Shown: positions 48,530 through 58,388 of the stretch, piece after piece
Numbering within the stretch: the stretch's first letter is position 1
Layout of the letters: every line of letters starts with the position of its first letter
Assembly: GCA_965661545.1 (NCBI GenBank)
Contig: CBFIEF010000004.1
Location: 1,831-65,830 of the forward strand
Reading direction: 5' to 3'
DNA length: 64,000 nucleotides
DNA from: Alphaproteobacteria bacterium
Lineage (GTDB): Bacteria > Pseudomonadota > Alphaproteobacteria > UBA7985
Translations under genes and position numbers: made by a program
Notes under the pieces: model-generated
The model's input: the letters and a program-made list of their open reading frames with translations, nothing else
Database searches by the model: none
Told to the model about the DNA's origin: nothing

Positions 48530-49309
48530 ATGCGCGTCGAATGTCCAAATTGCAGCACCACGTACGAAGTGCCGGCGGTTCATTTCGTGGACGGTACCCG
48601 TCGCCTGCGCTGCACCCAGTGCGGCTATCGGTGGAATCAATCGGCGAGCGAGGCTGACTTAAACGACAGCAAAAAGTCGACCCCGCTGTTGGACATGCTT
48701 GAACCAGCGATGAATATGGAGGCTTCGGCAGCGGTCAACGTGGACATCGTCGATGATGGCGACAACGAAGCTCGGACCTTTGCCGCAGAGCTTGACCCGC
48801 AATCAGCCGAAGATGCTTTTGACGCCATCGACGACGCCCTCGCGCCGTTTCCTGTGCCAACGGCTGAGGAAGAATTGGAAGCCGCTGGACGACGTTGGCA
48901 ATGGGGACTTGGCCTTGTCGCAGCGACGATCATCGTCTCGCTGATGATTTTGGGACGGGAGGCAGTCGTGAGCGCCGCGCCCTTTACTCAAGCGCTGTAT
49001 CGCACAGCGGGCTTGGAACCGTGGAGCGATCTTCGTCGCTGGGATTTGTGCGCCACTGGGGTCGATGCCTCTGACATCCGCTACACTCTGACCAACAAAA
49101 GCGCATTCAGTCGCTCTGTTCCTGACCTCTACATTACCGAAGCCGCCGGTGGTTTCGTGCGGATCGACGGACCTTCGGGTTCAATGCGCGCGGGTGAAAC
49201 AGTGCGCGTCCGTGCAACAAATCCGGGTCTGGAGATCACCAGCCCAGCGACGTTATCTTTGTCGACACAGGCCGATCAGTCCGACGCGCGAACCTTCGCA
49301 GACTGCTAG
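48530..49309 (+). CDS. MJ0042-type zinc-ribbon domain protein (DUF3426-like), single TM
   Basis: MRVECPNCSTTYEVPAVHF…RLRCTQCGYRW zinc ribbon; acidic linker; TM; C-terminal periplasmic domain. Confidence 0.6.
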   Translation: MRVECPNCSTTYEVPAVHFVDGTRRLRCTQCGYRWNQSASEADLNDSKKSTPLLDMLEPAMNMEASAAVNVDIVDDGDNEARTFAAELDPQSAEDAFDAIDDALAPFPVPTAEEELEAAGRRWQWGLGLVAATIIVSLMILGREAVVSAAPFTQALYRTAGLEPWSDLRRWDLCATGVDASDIRYTLTNKSAFSRSVPDLYITEAAGGFVRIDGPSGSMRAGETVRVRATNPGLEITSPATLSLSTQADQSDARTFADC

Positions 49310-49311
49310 CC

Positions 49312-49572
49312 TCAGGAACTCTGAAGCAGTGCGTCGAGTTTGCCATCTGCTTCAAGCGCGAACAGATCGTCACTGCCGCCAACCAAAGCACCGTTTACGA
49401 AAATCTGTGGAACCGTGCTGCGACCACCAGAGCGCTGCACCATCTCCTCTTTCGCGCCATCAACTTCCCAGATGTTGATGCGACGATATTCTACGTTCTT
49501 GGACTGCAACAGGCGGTCTGCGCGGGCGCAGAAACCACAGAAATCGCGGTAGTACATCTCGATATCGACCAT
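49312..49572 (-). CDS. grxC: glutaredoxin 3
   Basis: MVDIEMYYRDFCGFCARADRLLQSKNV… CxxC active site (CGFC), TVPQIFVNG, GGSDD motifs. Confidence 0.85.
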   Translation of the reverse strand: MVDIEMYYRDFCGFCARADRLLQSKNVEYRRINIWEVDGAKEEMVQRSGGRSTVPQIFVNGALVGGSDDLFALEADGKLDALLQSS

Positions 49573-49582
49573 GACTGTCTTT

Positions 49583-50389
49583 CTACTCCAGTTCGAATTC
49601 CTGTTTGAAATGGGTATGACTGACGACGCGTGCGACCACAACCACGCCAATACGTGCTACGCCACAGGCGCGTAGCTCAGCGCTCAATTCTTCGATGGTG
49701 GCGCCAGAGGTGTAAACGTCATCGACCAAAACAACGCGTTTTCCTTGCAGTTTTTCGCGTTTTCTCTCGTCCACAGAAAACGCTCCCTTTACGTTAGCGG
49801 CGCGTTGCTTCCGAGTCATGGCCTTCATCGGCGGTGTGTTTCTGACGCGCGTGATCCAATCTGGCGCATACTGACCCGCGGTTCGTTGTGCGAGCGCCAT
49901 CGCCAAAGCAGCCGATTGATTGAACCGCCGCGCCAAGTGCCGCCGCCAGTGCAAGGGCACAGGCATAATAACGTCACCGGGCTCAATTTTGGCTGAGGCC
50001 ACACCCGCAATCCAACGGGCCAGCGCCGGCACAACGTCCAACCGATCCTTGTATTTCAACGCCAAGATCAGCGACCGGCTGGCGTCATCATAGGCAAAGG
50101 CTGCACGCATCCAGTCGTAGGCCGGTGCGTACGTGAGGCAGGGGGCGCAGACGGGGCTGGTTTCCTTAACGGAGGTCGGCCTGCCGCAGCAATCACACAA
50201 AGGGTCCGAGAGGAACTGCATGGACTGAAAACACCCACTACAAAGCCCTGCTGCACCACTAATCATCGTGCTACACAGCGCGCAGCGTGGTGGCAGCACC
50301 CAGTCCATAGCGGCCTGCGCACCGCGCTGAACCCTGCGAAGGGGCAGCGGCAGTCCGGCTGAGGGAAGAGCAGCGCTGGCGTCCTGCAT
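49583..50389 (-). CDS. ComF family protein (phosphoribosyltransferase domain)
   Basis: N-terminal Cys-rich zinc-finger (…CALCS…CSGC…CDCCG…); PRTase motif VVLVDDVYTSGAT; start uncertain (50389/50428/50521). Confidence 0.7.
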   Translation of the reverse strand: MQDASAALPSAGLPLPLRRVQRGAQAAMDWVLPPRCALCSTMISGAAGLCSGCFQSMQFLSDPLCDCCGRPTSVKETSPVCAPCLTYAPAYDWMRAAFAYDDASRSLILALKYKDRLDVVPALARWIAGVASAKIEPGDVIMPVPLHWRRHLARRFNQSAALAMALAQRTAGQYAPDWITRVRNTPPMKAMTRKQRAANVKGAFSVDERKREKLQGKRVVLVDDVYTSGATIEELSAELRACGVARIGVVVVARVVSHTHFKQEFELE

Positions 50390-50477
50390 GCGCTGTTGGG
50401 AGTTGCGAAATCGACGATCCTTATCCATATCGCCAAGGAATAGAGTGAAATACACACAACTCAACCAAAGCGATATT

Positions 50478-51353
50478 ATGGTCGATTCATTCGCGCCAAA
50501 CGTGTTTGATACAAGCACCAAGCAAAAGCAGATCCGGCGCGCCGTTCAAAGCCCCGCAGACCACCATTTCCTGCACGCGGAAACAGCGATGCGGTTGAGT
50601 GATCGGCTGCTCGATTTGGACCAGGACTTCGCGACGGTTGCTGTTTTGGGGTGGTGGCCGACGGATGTTCGCGCGCTTGTGCCGGGAAAGCTGGATCAGG
50701 CCCGTATCGTCGATCTGAGTTTTAACCGCCCGCAAGCCCAAGCTGATCTCGAGTTCCTGCCTCTGCGCGCGCAGTCGTTTGACCTGATTATCTCAAACAT
50801 GGCTCTGCACTGGGTCAACGACTTGCCCGGCATGCTGGCGCAGATTCGAACGGCCCTGAAACCCAACGGCGTTTTCATGGGCAGCGCACTTGGTGGCGAG
50901 ACCCTGCACGAGCTACGCGCATCGTTTGTCGAAGCGGAAACACAGATCAGCGGTGGCTATCATCCGCGTGTCTCTCCGGTAATGGACCTGCGCGATGCCG
51001 CGGGATTGCTGCAGCGGGCCGGGTTTAACCTGCCGGTTGCAGATATCGACCGGATCAATGTCGCATATGAAAACCCGCTCACGCTGCTGCACGACTTGCG
51101 CGGCATGGGCCAAACCAACGCCGTGATTGGCCGAAAAAAGACGCTGACGTCGCGCACAGTTTTGTTTGGGGCCATAGAACGGTATATCCAAGCCTTTGTG
51201 GATGACACCGGCGCTGTGCCCGCAACATTTGACTGCTTGTATCTTTCCGGCTGGTCGCCACATGAGTCCCAGCAGAAGCCCCTGCGTCCGGGGGAGGCAA
51301 CCAAGAGCCTCGCCGAAGCCCTCGACGCAACGGAGCACCCTCTTAAAAGTTAA
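50478..51353 (+). CDS. class I SAM-dependent methyltransferase (Methyltransf_11-like)
   Basis: …FDLIISNMALHWVNDLPGMLAQIRTALKPNGVFMGS… matches the methyltransferase post-I/II motifs. Confidence 0.75.
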   Translation: MVDSFAPNVFDTSTKQKQIRRAVQSPADHHFLHAETAMRLSDRLLDLDQDFATVAVLGWWPTDVRALVPGKLDQARIVDLSFNRPQAQADLEFLPLRAQSFDLIISNMALHWVNDLPGMLAQIRTALKPNGVFMGSALGGETLHELRASFVEAETQISGGYHPRVSPVMDLRDAAGLLQRAGFNLPVADIDRINVAYENPLTLLHDLRGMGQTNAVIGRKKTLTSRTVLFGAIERYIQAFVDDTGAVPATFDCLYLSGWSPHESQQKPLRPGEATKSLAEALDATEHPLKS

Positions 51354-51381
51354 ATCACTGAAGTAAACAGAGAGACCGACC

Positions 51382-53256
51382 TTGACGACTGAAACCCATA
51401 CCTTTCAGGCAGAAACCGCGCGCCTCCTCAACCTGGTCGCGACCGCCCTCTATTCCGAACGAGAAGTGTTTCTGCGCGAGCTGATTTCCAACGCCTCCGA
51501 CGCTTGTGACAAGCGGCGCTTTTTAGCCCAGCAGCAAGCCGAACTGCTGGACAGTGACGAGAGCCTGAAAATTCTGATTGCGGCCAACAAGGAAAGCGCG
51601 ACACTGGCTATCACCGATGGCGGCGTCGGGATGGACCACGCCGACTTGATGGCAAACCTCGGCACCATCGCCAAGTCTGGCACGGCTGATTTTGCTGCGG
51701 CTATGTCCGAAGCCAAGGACGCGAGCGCGTTGATCGGTCAGTTTGGCGTGGGCTTCTACAGCGCCTTTATGGTCGCTGACCGCGTGGTGGTCGATACGCG
51801 CAAGGCCGGCAGTGATGGCGCCTTCCGGTGGGAATCCACCGGCGACGGCACCTTTACCATTACGGAAATCGATGCCGAGACTGCGCCAATCGGAACCACC
51901 GTTCTGCTGTACCTCAAGGACGAAGCACACGAGTTCTTCGAATCTTACCGGCTTGATTCTTTGGTGCGTCGCTATGCGGACCACCTGACCTTCCCTGTCA
52001 GCCTGCTGACCGAGGACGGTGAAACTCAGCAAATCAACGAAGCCCAAGCGCTCTGGCTGCGCTCCAAGTCTGAGATTACTGCCGAGCAGCATAAGGAGTT
52101 TTACAACCACGTTGCCGGGACTTTTGATGAGCCGTGGGAGACACTGCACCTGAACCTCGAAGGGCAGCTCGAATACACCGCGCTGCTCTATATTCCAACT
52201 GAGCGCCCCTTTGACCTGTTCCAGCCCGAGCGCCGGTGCCAGCTCAAGCTGTTTGTCCGCCGCGTTTTCATCACTGATGATGCGCCAGAGCTGATGCCTG
52301 CTTACCTGCGCTTCGTGCGCGGTTTGGTCGACAGCCAAGATCTGCCACTCAACGTCAGTCGGGAAATGCTTCAGAATGCTCCTCAGCTGCACGTGATGAA
52401 CAAGCAACTCACCAAGCGCATTCTATCCGCTCTCGCAAAGCGCAAGAAGGACGATGCCGAAGGCTATGACCGGTTCTGGGACGCCTTTGGGGCGGTGCTT
52501 AAGGAAGGTCTTTACGAAGACCGCGACCGGGGAGAGGACATTTTGCCTTTGGTCAAGTTCAAGACCACCACCACAGACGGGCTGTCCGATCTCGATGCCT
52601 ACCTTGGGCGGATGAAGGACGGTCAGGACCAAATCTTCTACGCCACTGGCGAAACGGAAGCAGCCATTCTGGCCTCTCCACACTTGGAAGGTTTCCGCGC
52701 ACGCGGCATTGAGGTTCTCATCGCCTCTGACGCTGTTGATGCATTCTGGATCCCGACCGCAGGGGCCTATGAGGGCAAGCAGTTCGTCTCCGTTACCCAC
52801 GGTTCGACGGACCTGTCACAGTTCGACGACGACCTAAGCGACAAGCCGGACGAAGCAGCCGATACTGCACCGCAAGATACCGACGCCTTGGTTGCTTGGC
52901 TCAAGACACGCTTTGGCGACAGTGTTGCCGACATTCGCACCACCAACCGGCTCGCCGATAGCCCCGCGTGCTTTGTCGCCGCGGAAAACAGCATGGACAT
53001 GCAGCTTTCCAAAATCCTGAAAGCAAGCGGGCAGGATGCGGGGCCGGATAAGCGGATCCTGGAAATCAACCCGAGCCATCCCCTGGTCGCAGCGCTTGGC
53101 ACCGAGGTTCAGGCGCAGGCTGGATCGTCCAAAGCCGAGCAAGTGGCTGAACTGCTGTTCGATATGGCTTTGATTGTCGAAGGCGAAGCACCCCGCAATG
53201 CGGCTGGGTTCGCGAAGTCCATGACGCTCATGATGAACGATAGTTTGCTCGGCTAG
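51382..53256 (+). CDS. htpG: molecular chaperone HtpG (Hsp90)
   Basis: 624 aa; …YSEREVFLRELISNASDACDK… GHKL ATPase N-terminus; TTG initiation codon at 51382. Confidence 0.92.
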   Translation: MTTETHTFQAETARLLNLVATALYSEREVFLRELISNASDACDKRRFLAQQQAELLDSDESLKILIAANKESATLAITDGGVGMDHADLMANLGTIAKSGTADFAAAMSEAKDASALIGQFGVGFYSAFMVADRVVVDTRKAGSDGAFRWESTGDGTFTITEIDAETAPIGTTVLLYLKDEAHEFFESYRLDSLVRRYADHLTFPVSLLTEDGETQQINEAQALWLRSKSEITAEQHKEFYNHVAGTFDEPWETLHLNLEGQLEYTALLYIPTERPFDLFQPERRCQLKLFVRRVFITDDAPELMPAYLRFVRGLVDSQDLPLNVSREMLQNAPQLHVMNKQLTKRILSALAKRKKDDAEGYDRFWDAFGAVLKEGLYEDRDRGEDILPLVKFKTTTTDGLSDLDAYLGRMKDGQDQIFYATGETEAAILASPHLEGFRARGIEVLIASDAVDAFWIPTAGAYEGKQFVSVTHGSTDLSQFDDDLSDKPDEAADTAPQDTDALVAWLKTRFGDSVADIRTTNRLADSPACFVAAENSMDMQLSKILKASGQDAGPDKRILEINPSHPLVAALGTEVQAQAGSSKAEQVAELLFDMALIVEGEAPRNAAGFAKSMTLMMNDSLLG

Positions 53257-53265
53257 CGCCCAGCC

Positions 53266-53961
53266 CTAGTCCATCGCAACCAACGTCGCCAGAATAGTCC
53301 CTTCGTCGCGGTCCTGAACCATCAGGGCCACGCCGAAGCGGCGCTTTTCTGGCCAGCCAACTAGGCGCTCTTGACCGCGCCAATCGCCCAGATACTGCAC
53401 TTCCCGTACCACGTGGCGATAACCAAGCTCGCGGCCCGCATTCTCACCCTTGGTGATTTCAGTCTTATGGTGCTCATCAAAGTGAACCACCCACACGTCC
53501 GCTGGATTGGCCAATTCGTTGGTCAGGGGCATCACAATCCCCGCATCGGTCACTTTTAGCATGACCTGCGCCTGCGGCGGTCGAATCGCGTCTCGGTCGA
53601 TCAGAGACCCACTAGAAGGATCCGGCGAGACGTCGCCGCCGATCACGAATTGCGGGGTAAAGATGTATCGATTTCCCAATACATGGCGGTAATACTTTTG
53701 CCGCTTGGTCGAGACGGCGGTGGCGAAGGGATCTTCCCAGCCAATGTAATCCCAGTAATCGACGTGATAGGCCAAACCCAGCACACCCGGAATGTCGGCG
53801 AGTTGGTCCAAAACAAGATCAGCAGGGGGACAACTTGAGCACCCCTGGCTGGTGAACAGCTCGATCACCAGCGGGTTCGTTTGAACCGAAGCCCAAGGCT
53901 TAGCGTCGTCGGCCTGCGCGGCACCCGCAAGTGCCAGCATCAGAGCCCCGAAAGCCCGCAT
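53266..53961 (-). CDS. DUF1223 domain-containing secreted thioredoxin-like protein
   Basis: Signal peptide MRAFGALMLALAGAAQA; '…ELFTSQGCSSCPPAD…' is the conserved DUF1223 motif. Confidence 0.7.
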   Translation of the reverse strand: MRAFGALMLALAGAAQADDAKPWASVQTNPLVIELFTSQGCSSCPPADLVLDQLADIPGVLGLAYHVDYWDYIGWEDPFATAVSTKRQKYYRHVLGNRYIFTPQFVIGGDVSPDPSSGSLIDRDAIRPPQAQVMLKVTDAGIVMPLTNELANPADVWVVHFDEHHKTEITKGENAGRELGYRHVVREVQYLGDWRGQERLVGWPEKRRFGVALMVQDRDEGTILATLVAMD

Positions 53962-54337
53962 AGCGATATGTTGCAGCAAAAGGTGCATTATGTTGTGTCC
54001 CGTATCCGCCTAAAATCAGACGGGTCGTCCCGAATGGCCCAAAGGATGAAAGCCAGCACCATCTTGGTGCCGCACCTGCATTCCCTGTCTCTCGCAAAAT
54101 AAATACCGGCTTATGCCGATCTTCGCCATTCACAAGGTCCTGCGCGCCAGTCGCATTATAATGATCTCGCCGTCCAGAGTACGGATGAATTCACCATCTG
54201 CGGCAAATTTTCAGTGAGTTCTTCTTTTCTTACGAGAACGCATTGAGAAACAGATAAATTCTTTTCATATTGAGGAATATTTTAAGAGTCGGCGCTCGTA
54301 TTCCAGCGTCACAAATTTTTTAAAGAATTTCATATTT

Positions 54338-55003
54338 TTGGGAGCAGTCACCATGAGAATCATGGGTGCAATTTCAACGCTCGCCGCCCTGCTTTTTGGC
54401 ATTCAGGCACAGGCACAAACGCTGACCTATTCGATTTCGCCAGAAACCATCAAGGGCTACGCAAAGGTATCGCTCAACACCACCTTCCAGCTGAATCTGG
54501 AGGAAAATGAAGGCGGAATGATCTCAACAGCTGAGGTTGACCCCGGCTTGGGTATTTCAGCCGCCGCCGGGCTTGCCCTGCTGCCGGAAGTCGACGGCGA
54601 ATTGGAAATATCCAGTTACACCGGCGACGTTGACTATCGCTCTGTCGCTGGTGTGCCTGTGTTATCGATTCCAGCGGATGAAGTGCAGCTGCTTTCCGTC
54701 TTTGCCAACGCGTATTACAAATTCCGTCCGGCGACGAATGCCCGCTTCAAACTGGGTGGCGGCTTGGGTTATGGTCAGTACACGCTAAAAGACAGCACCG
54801 GCCTAAAGCATCGCGGCTCTGGCATTGTTTATCAGGTCAAAGGCGTGGGCGAGTACGACTTTGGCAGTAACATTACGTTTCTTGCGGAAGCCGGATATAT
54901 CGGCACAACAGACATCGACGTAGACATCATTGCATCGAACACAGTTCGAGACACAGCACTGACCGGGATTACATTTGGACTGGGCGCCAAGGTAAAGTTC
55001 TAA
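54338..55003 (+). CDS. outer-membrane beta-barrel protein (OmpA-like/OmpW-like small porin family)
   Basis: Signal peptide …AISTLAALLFGIQAQA; alternating amphipathic beta-strands; C-terminal …GLGAKVKF ending in Phe; AT-rich promoter region upstream. Confidence 0.55.
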   Translation: MGAVTMRIMGAISTLAALLFGIQAQAQTLTYSISPETIKGYAKVSLNTTFQLNLEENEGGMISTAEVDPGLGISAAAGLALLPEVDGELEISSYTGDVDYRSVAGVPVLSIPADEVQLLSVFANAYYKFRPATNARFKLGGGLGYGQYTLKDSTGLKHRGSGIVYQVKGVGEYDFGSNITFLAEAGYIGTTDIDVDIIASNTVRDTALTGITFGLGAKVKF

Positions 55004-55033
55004 AACAACAGAATTGGGGGCCTACAGCAGCGC

Positions 55034-56482
55034 TCAGTAGGCCTCTTCTTTGAACACGCGATGAATATCGCCAGCCCATTCGCCTTCAAATTTTGCAATC
55101 AGGCGATCCGCTGGCGACTGGCCGGAATCCAGCCATTCGAGGATTGGGTCGAGGTACTCAGTTTCGTCTGAGGACACCTTGCCGGCCATAGCGCGATTTT
55201 TCAAACCGCCCTGCGATAGCTTGGTGATCTGACGCGCCACGTCCAGCACCGATCGGCCCGCGACCTGCCCCTTGAGACCATCTTTGGGCACATTCAAAGC
55301 AAGTAAACGCCGGTCTTCCGGGGACCATTGCCGAACCAGATCCCACGCCGCATCAAGAGCACCCGCATCATACAGCAGGCCAACCCAGAGCGCAGGCAGC
55401 GCAAAAATATTTTCCCGCGCGCCACCATCAGCTCCGCGCATTTCCAAGAACGACTTCAGTCGAACGTCCGGGAACAGCGTGGTCAGGTGATCGTCCCAAT
55501 CTGTTTTCATCGGCATCTCACCCGGACGCAGTGGCAGCTTCCGATCCATGAAGTCGCGGAAAGACTGACCGGTTGCGTCCAGATAGGCGCCATCGCGGTA
55601 AAGGAAATACATGGGAACATCGAGGGCGTAGTCGACATAGCGCTCGAAGCCCATGCCGTCTTCAAAAGCAAATTCCAGGGCCCCTGTCCGGTCTGGGTCC
55701 GTATCTTGCCAAATGGCAGCGCGGAAGGATTGGTAGCCGTTGAGCTTGCCCTGAGTGAAGGGCGAATTCGCGAAAATCGCAGTAACGATTGGCTGCAGCG
55801 CCAGTGACACCCGCAACTTCTTCACCATGTCGGCTTCAGAAGAAAAATCGAGGTTCACTTGAATCGTCGTGGACCCCTTCATCATGTTCAAGCCAAGCTG
55901 GCCCATTTTCTCCATATATGCGCCCATGATCTTATACCGGCCTTTGGGCATCCACGGCGTCTGCGCGGGCGTCCAAAGTGGTTGAGCACCCAGACCCAGC
56001 ATCCCGACATTAAGCGGGCGAGCGATGGTCTCGACTTCATGCAGATGCGTATAAACCTCGTTACAGGTCTGATGCAGGCTCTCTAATGGCGCGCCGGAAA
56101 GCTCAAATTGACCGCCGGGCTCAAGCGAAACATTGGCGCCGTCCTTGGTCAAAGCGATGACGTTCTCGCCTTCGAGCATAGGCGTCCAGCCGAAGTTCAG
56201 AACGAGGCTTTGCAGCAGATCGCGTACACCACCCTGCTCCGGCGACGTTTCTTCGTAGGCAATAGGTCGGTGATCGTTGAGAGAAAAGGGGAATTTCTCG
56301 TGCTCAGTACCAATTCGCCATTGATCCTTTGGCTTTGACCCTTTTTCAAGGGCATGAACCAGATCATCACGCGACTCGATTGGCGTAGACTTCCCAGAAG
56401 GCGGTGCAGACACCAGCGTTCCTCTCACTCCATTTGTTCTCTGCAAATGGGTGGAGACCCGAGTTTGGTCAAGCAAAACCAA
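55034..56482 (-). CDS. gshA: glutamate--cysteine ligase, plant/alphaproteobacterial type (GCS2)
   Basis: …PIESRDDLVHALEKGSKPKDQWRIGTEHEKF… matches alphaproteobacterial GshA; true start probably internal to the ORF. Confidence 0.85.
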   Translation of the reverse strand: MVLLDQTRVSTHLQRTNGVRGTLVSAPPSGKSTPIESRDDLVHALEKGSKPKDQWRIGTEHEKFPFSLNDHRPIAYEETSPEQGGVRDLLQSLVLNFGWTPMLEGENVIALTKDGANVSLEPGGQFELSGAPLESLHQTCNEVYTHLHEVETIARPLNVGMLGLGAQPLWTPAQTPWMPKGRYKIMGAYMEKMGQLGLNMMKGSTTIQVNLDFSSEADMVKKLRVSLALQPIVTAIFANSPFTQGKLNGYQSFRAAIWQDTDPDRTGALEFAFEDGMGFERYVDYALDVPMYFLYRDGAYLDATGQSFRDFMDRKLPLRPGEMPMKTDWDDHLTTLFPDVRLKSFLEMRGADGGARENIFALPALWVGLLYDAGALDAAWDLVRQWSPEDRRLLALNVPKDGLKGQVAGRSVLDVARQITKLSQGGLKNRAMAGKVSSDETEYLDPILEWLDSGQSPADRLIAKFEGEWAGDIHRVFKEEAY

Positions 56483-56494
56483 CGTCTCAAAAAG

Positions 56495-57259
56495 CTATTC
56501 TGGCCCTCTAAAATCGGGAAGCTTGTGCCAATCGCCCTTCAACGCCTGATAGATGGACACCAAAGCTATTCCAGCAGTCTCTGCTTTTAATATCCTTGGC
56601 CCCAAGCCAAGACCAACAACTTTGGGCTGCTTGGTAAGCCATGCTATCTCATCGGCGCTAAAACCACCCTCGGGCCCAACCATTAAGCCTTGAAACGACT
56701 CAACGTGATCCAGCACGCCACGCAAGGGTTTGAATTCGCTGGTTTCCAAGGCAGCACCAACAGAACCGTCAAAGCCCTCAACCGCCATTTTGAGCGGCAT
56801 TGCATCGTGAAAAGTTGGTACTGTCAGCCGTTCGCACTGCTCCGCAGCCTCAACTGCAATCGACACCAATCGCTCAATCTTCATCCGTTCGGACTGCGTA
56901 TGCTCCATTAAAACAGGCTGGAAGTCCGTGATCCCAAGCTCCGTCGCCTTGGCAATCAACAGCTCCATCGGCGACCGCTTGATCGGTGAGAACAGCAAAG
57001 TCAATCGGTCCACCGGTTCAAAGGGCGCAACAACCGCTCCCAAATCGACCTCAACGGCCTTCTTACCCACCTTCGCCACTGCCGCCGCATACTCAGGCGA
57101 GCGACCATTAAACAGGCCAATGACATCACCCGCGCTTTTGCGCATCACATTGCGCAAGTAGTGCGATGGTGCCTCCGGTAAAACGAGGGACTGCCCTTCA
57201 ACCAATTCCTCTTCTACGAAGACGCGGACTGTGGGACGTTTAGGCTTGGTCATGGCCAC
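56495..57259 (-). CDS. rsmE: 16S rRNA (uracil1498-N3)-methyltransferase RsmE
   Basis: 254 aa; PUA-like N-terminus plus SPOUT C-terminus (…GPEGGFSADE…). Confidence 0.85.
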   Translation of the reverse strand: MAMTKPKRPTVRVFVEEELVEGQSLVLPEAPSHYLRNVMRKSAGDVIGLFNGRSPEYAAAVAKVGKKAVEVDLGAVVAPFEPVDRLTLLFSPIKRSPMELLIAKATELGITDFQPVLMEHTQSERMKIERLVSIAVEAAEQCERLTVPTFHDAMPLKMAVEGFDGSVGAALETSEFKPLRGVLDHVESFQGLMVGPEGGFSADEIAWLTKQPKVVGLGLGPRILKAETAGIALVSIYQALKGDWHKLPDFRGPE

Positions 57260-57297
57260 TCACTTAGGCAGGTCTGGAACAAAGGGATCGCGTTCAG

Positions 57298-58269
57298 ATG
57301 GCAAACAATCCGTCACAAGAAAAGACGGCTTATACGGATATACAAGCCTCAACTTGGTTTGATTGGGTGCTTCCCAAGGCAACACGACCTTATACCCGAT
57401 TGATGCGGCTGGATCGCCCCATTGGGGCCTATCTGCTGTTCATTCCCGGTCTTTGGGCGGTTCTGCTTGCTGCTATCATGAACCCAGACACCTCGACGAT
57501 GCGCGTTGCAATGGTCATCGGGCTGCTCTTTGTGGGCTCCTTTGTCATGCGCGGCGCAGGTTGCGTCATTAATGACATGTGGGATCGCGATCTAGACCGC
57601 CAAGTTGAGCGCACCCGCGGTCGCCCCTTGGCATCAGGCGCAGTATCCATGGTCCAAGCCGGACTGTTTCTCGCCGCCTTGCTGACTGTCGGAATGCTAA
57701 TCCTTTTGCAAATGAAGACCTTGGGTATCGTTCTAGGGCTGATTTCGATCGTCCCAGTCATCCTTTACCCCCTTGCAAAGCGCGTGACCGACTACCCACA
57801 GGCTGTTCTGGGCCTCACCTTTAATTTCGGTTCATTGATCGGTTGGGCGGCGATTTCCGGACAGTTTCAGTGGCCGATGCTCCTGCTCTATGCAGGCTGT
57901 ATTGCGTGGACATTTGGCTACGATACCGTCTACGCGCACCAAGACAAAACCGATGATGCCATCGTTGGGGTCCGCTCCACAGCGCTCAAATTTGGTGACG
58001 GTAGCAAGCGCGCAATTAGTGTTTCTTATATCATTGCAGTATTTTTTTGGTTTTTTACCCTGCTTTCAATCGGATTTTCGGTTTTTCTCTCTATCAGCCT
58101 CGTGGGACTCCTTGTCGTCACAGGGCGCATGCTGTTGCAGCTTTGGCGAACGGACCTCAACGATCCAGCCGACAGTCTCCGGACGTTCAAAGGCGAACAA
58201 GCCACCGGTTGGATCTTTGCGGGCTTTCTGGCCGTCGCGTGGTTACTCGGACGCGCTCTGGGCAGCTAG
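57298..58269 (+). CDS. ubiA: 4-hydroxybenzoate polyprenyltransferase
   Basis: NDMWDRDLDRQVERTRGRPLASG (UbiA motif 1) and second Asp-rich motif …YDTVYAHQDKTDD…. Confidence 0.9.
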   Translation: MANNPSQEKTAYTDIQASTWFDWVLPKATRPYTRLMRLDRPIGAYLLFIPGLWAVLLAAIMNPDTSTMRVAMVIGLLFVGSFVMRGAGCVINDMWDRDLDRQVERTRGRPLASGAVSMVQAGLFLAALLTVGMLILLQMKTLGIVLGLISIVPVILYPLAKRVTDYPQAVLGLTFNFGSLIGWAAISGQFQWPMLLLYAGCIAWTFGYDTVYAHQDKTDDAIVGVRSTALKFGDGSKRAISVSYIIAVFFWFFTLLSIGFSVFLSISLVGLLVVTGRMLLQLWRTDLNDPADSLRTFKGEQATGWIFAGFLAVAWLLGRALGS

Positions 58270-58388
58270 ATCGTTACATTCTGAATACTTTTGACCGCAT
58301 ATTTAGGTTTTTTCGACTAAAGACATTCAAGTGGCAGGACAGTTGCACGATGAAGATGAAATTCTCATAATCATTTCCTCTTTTCGAT

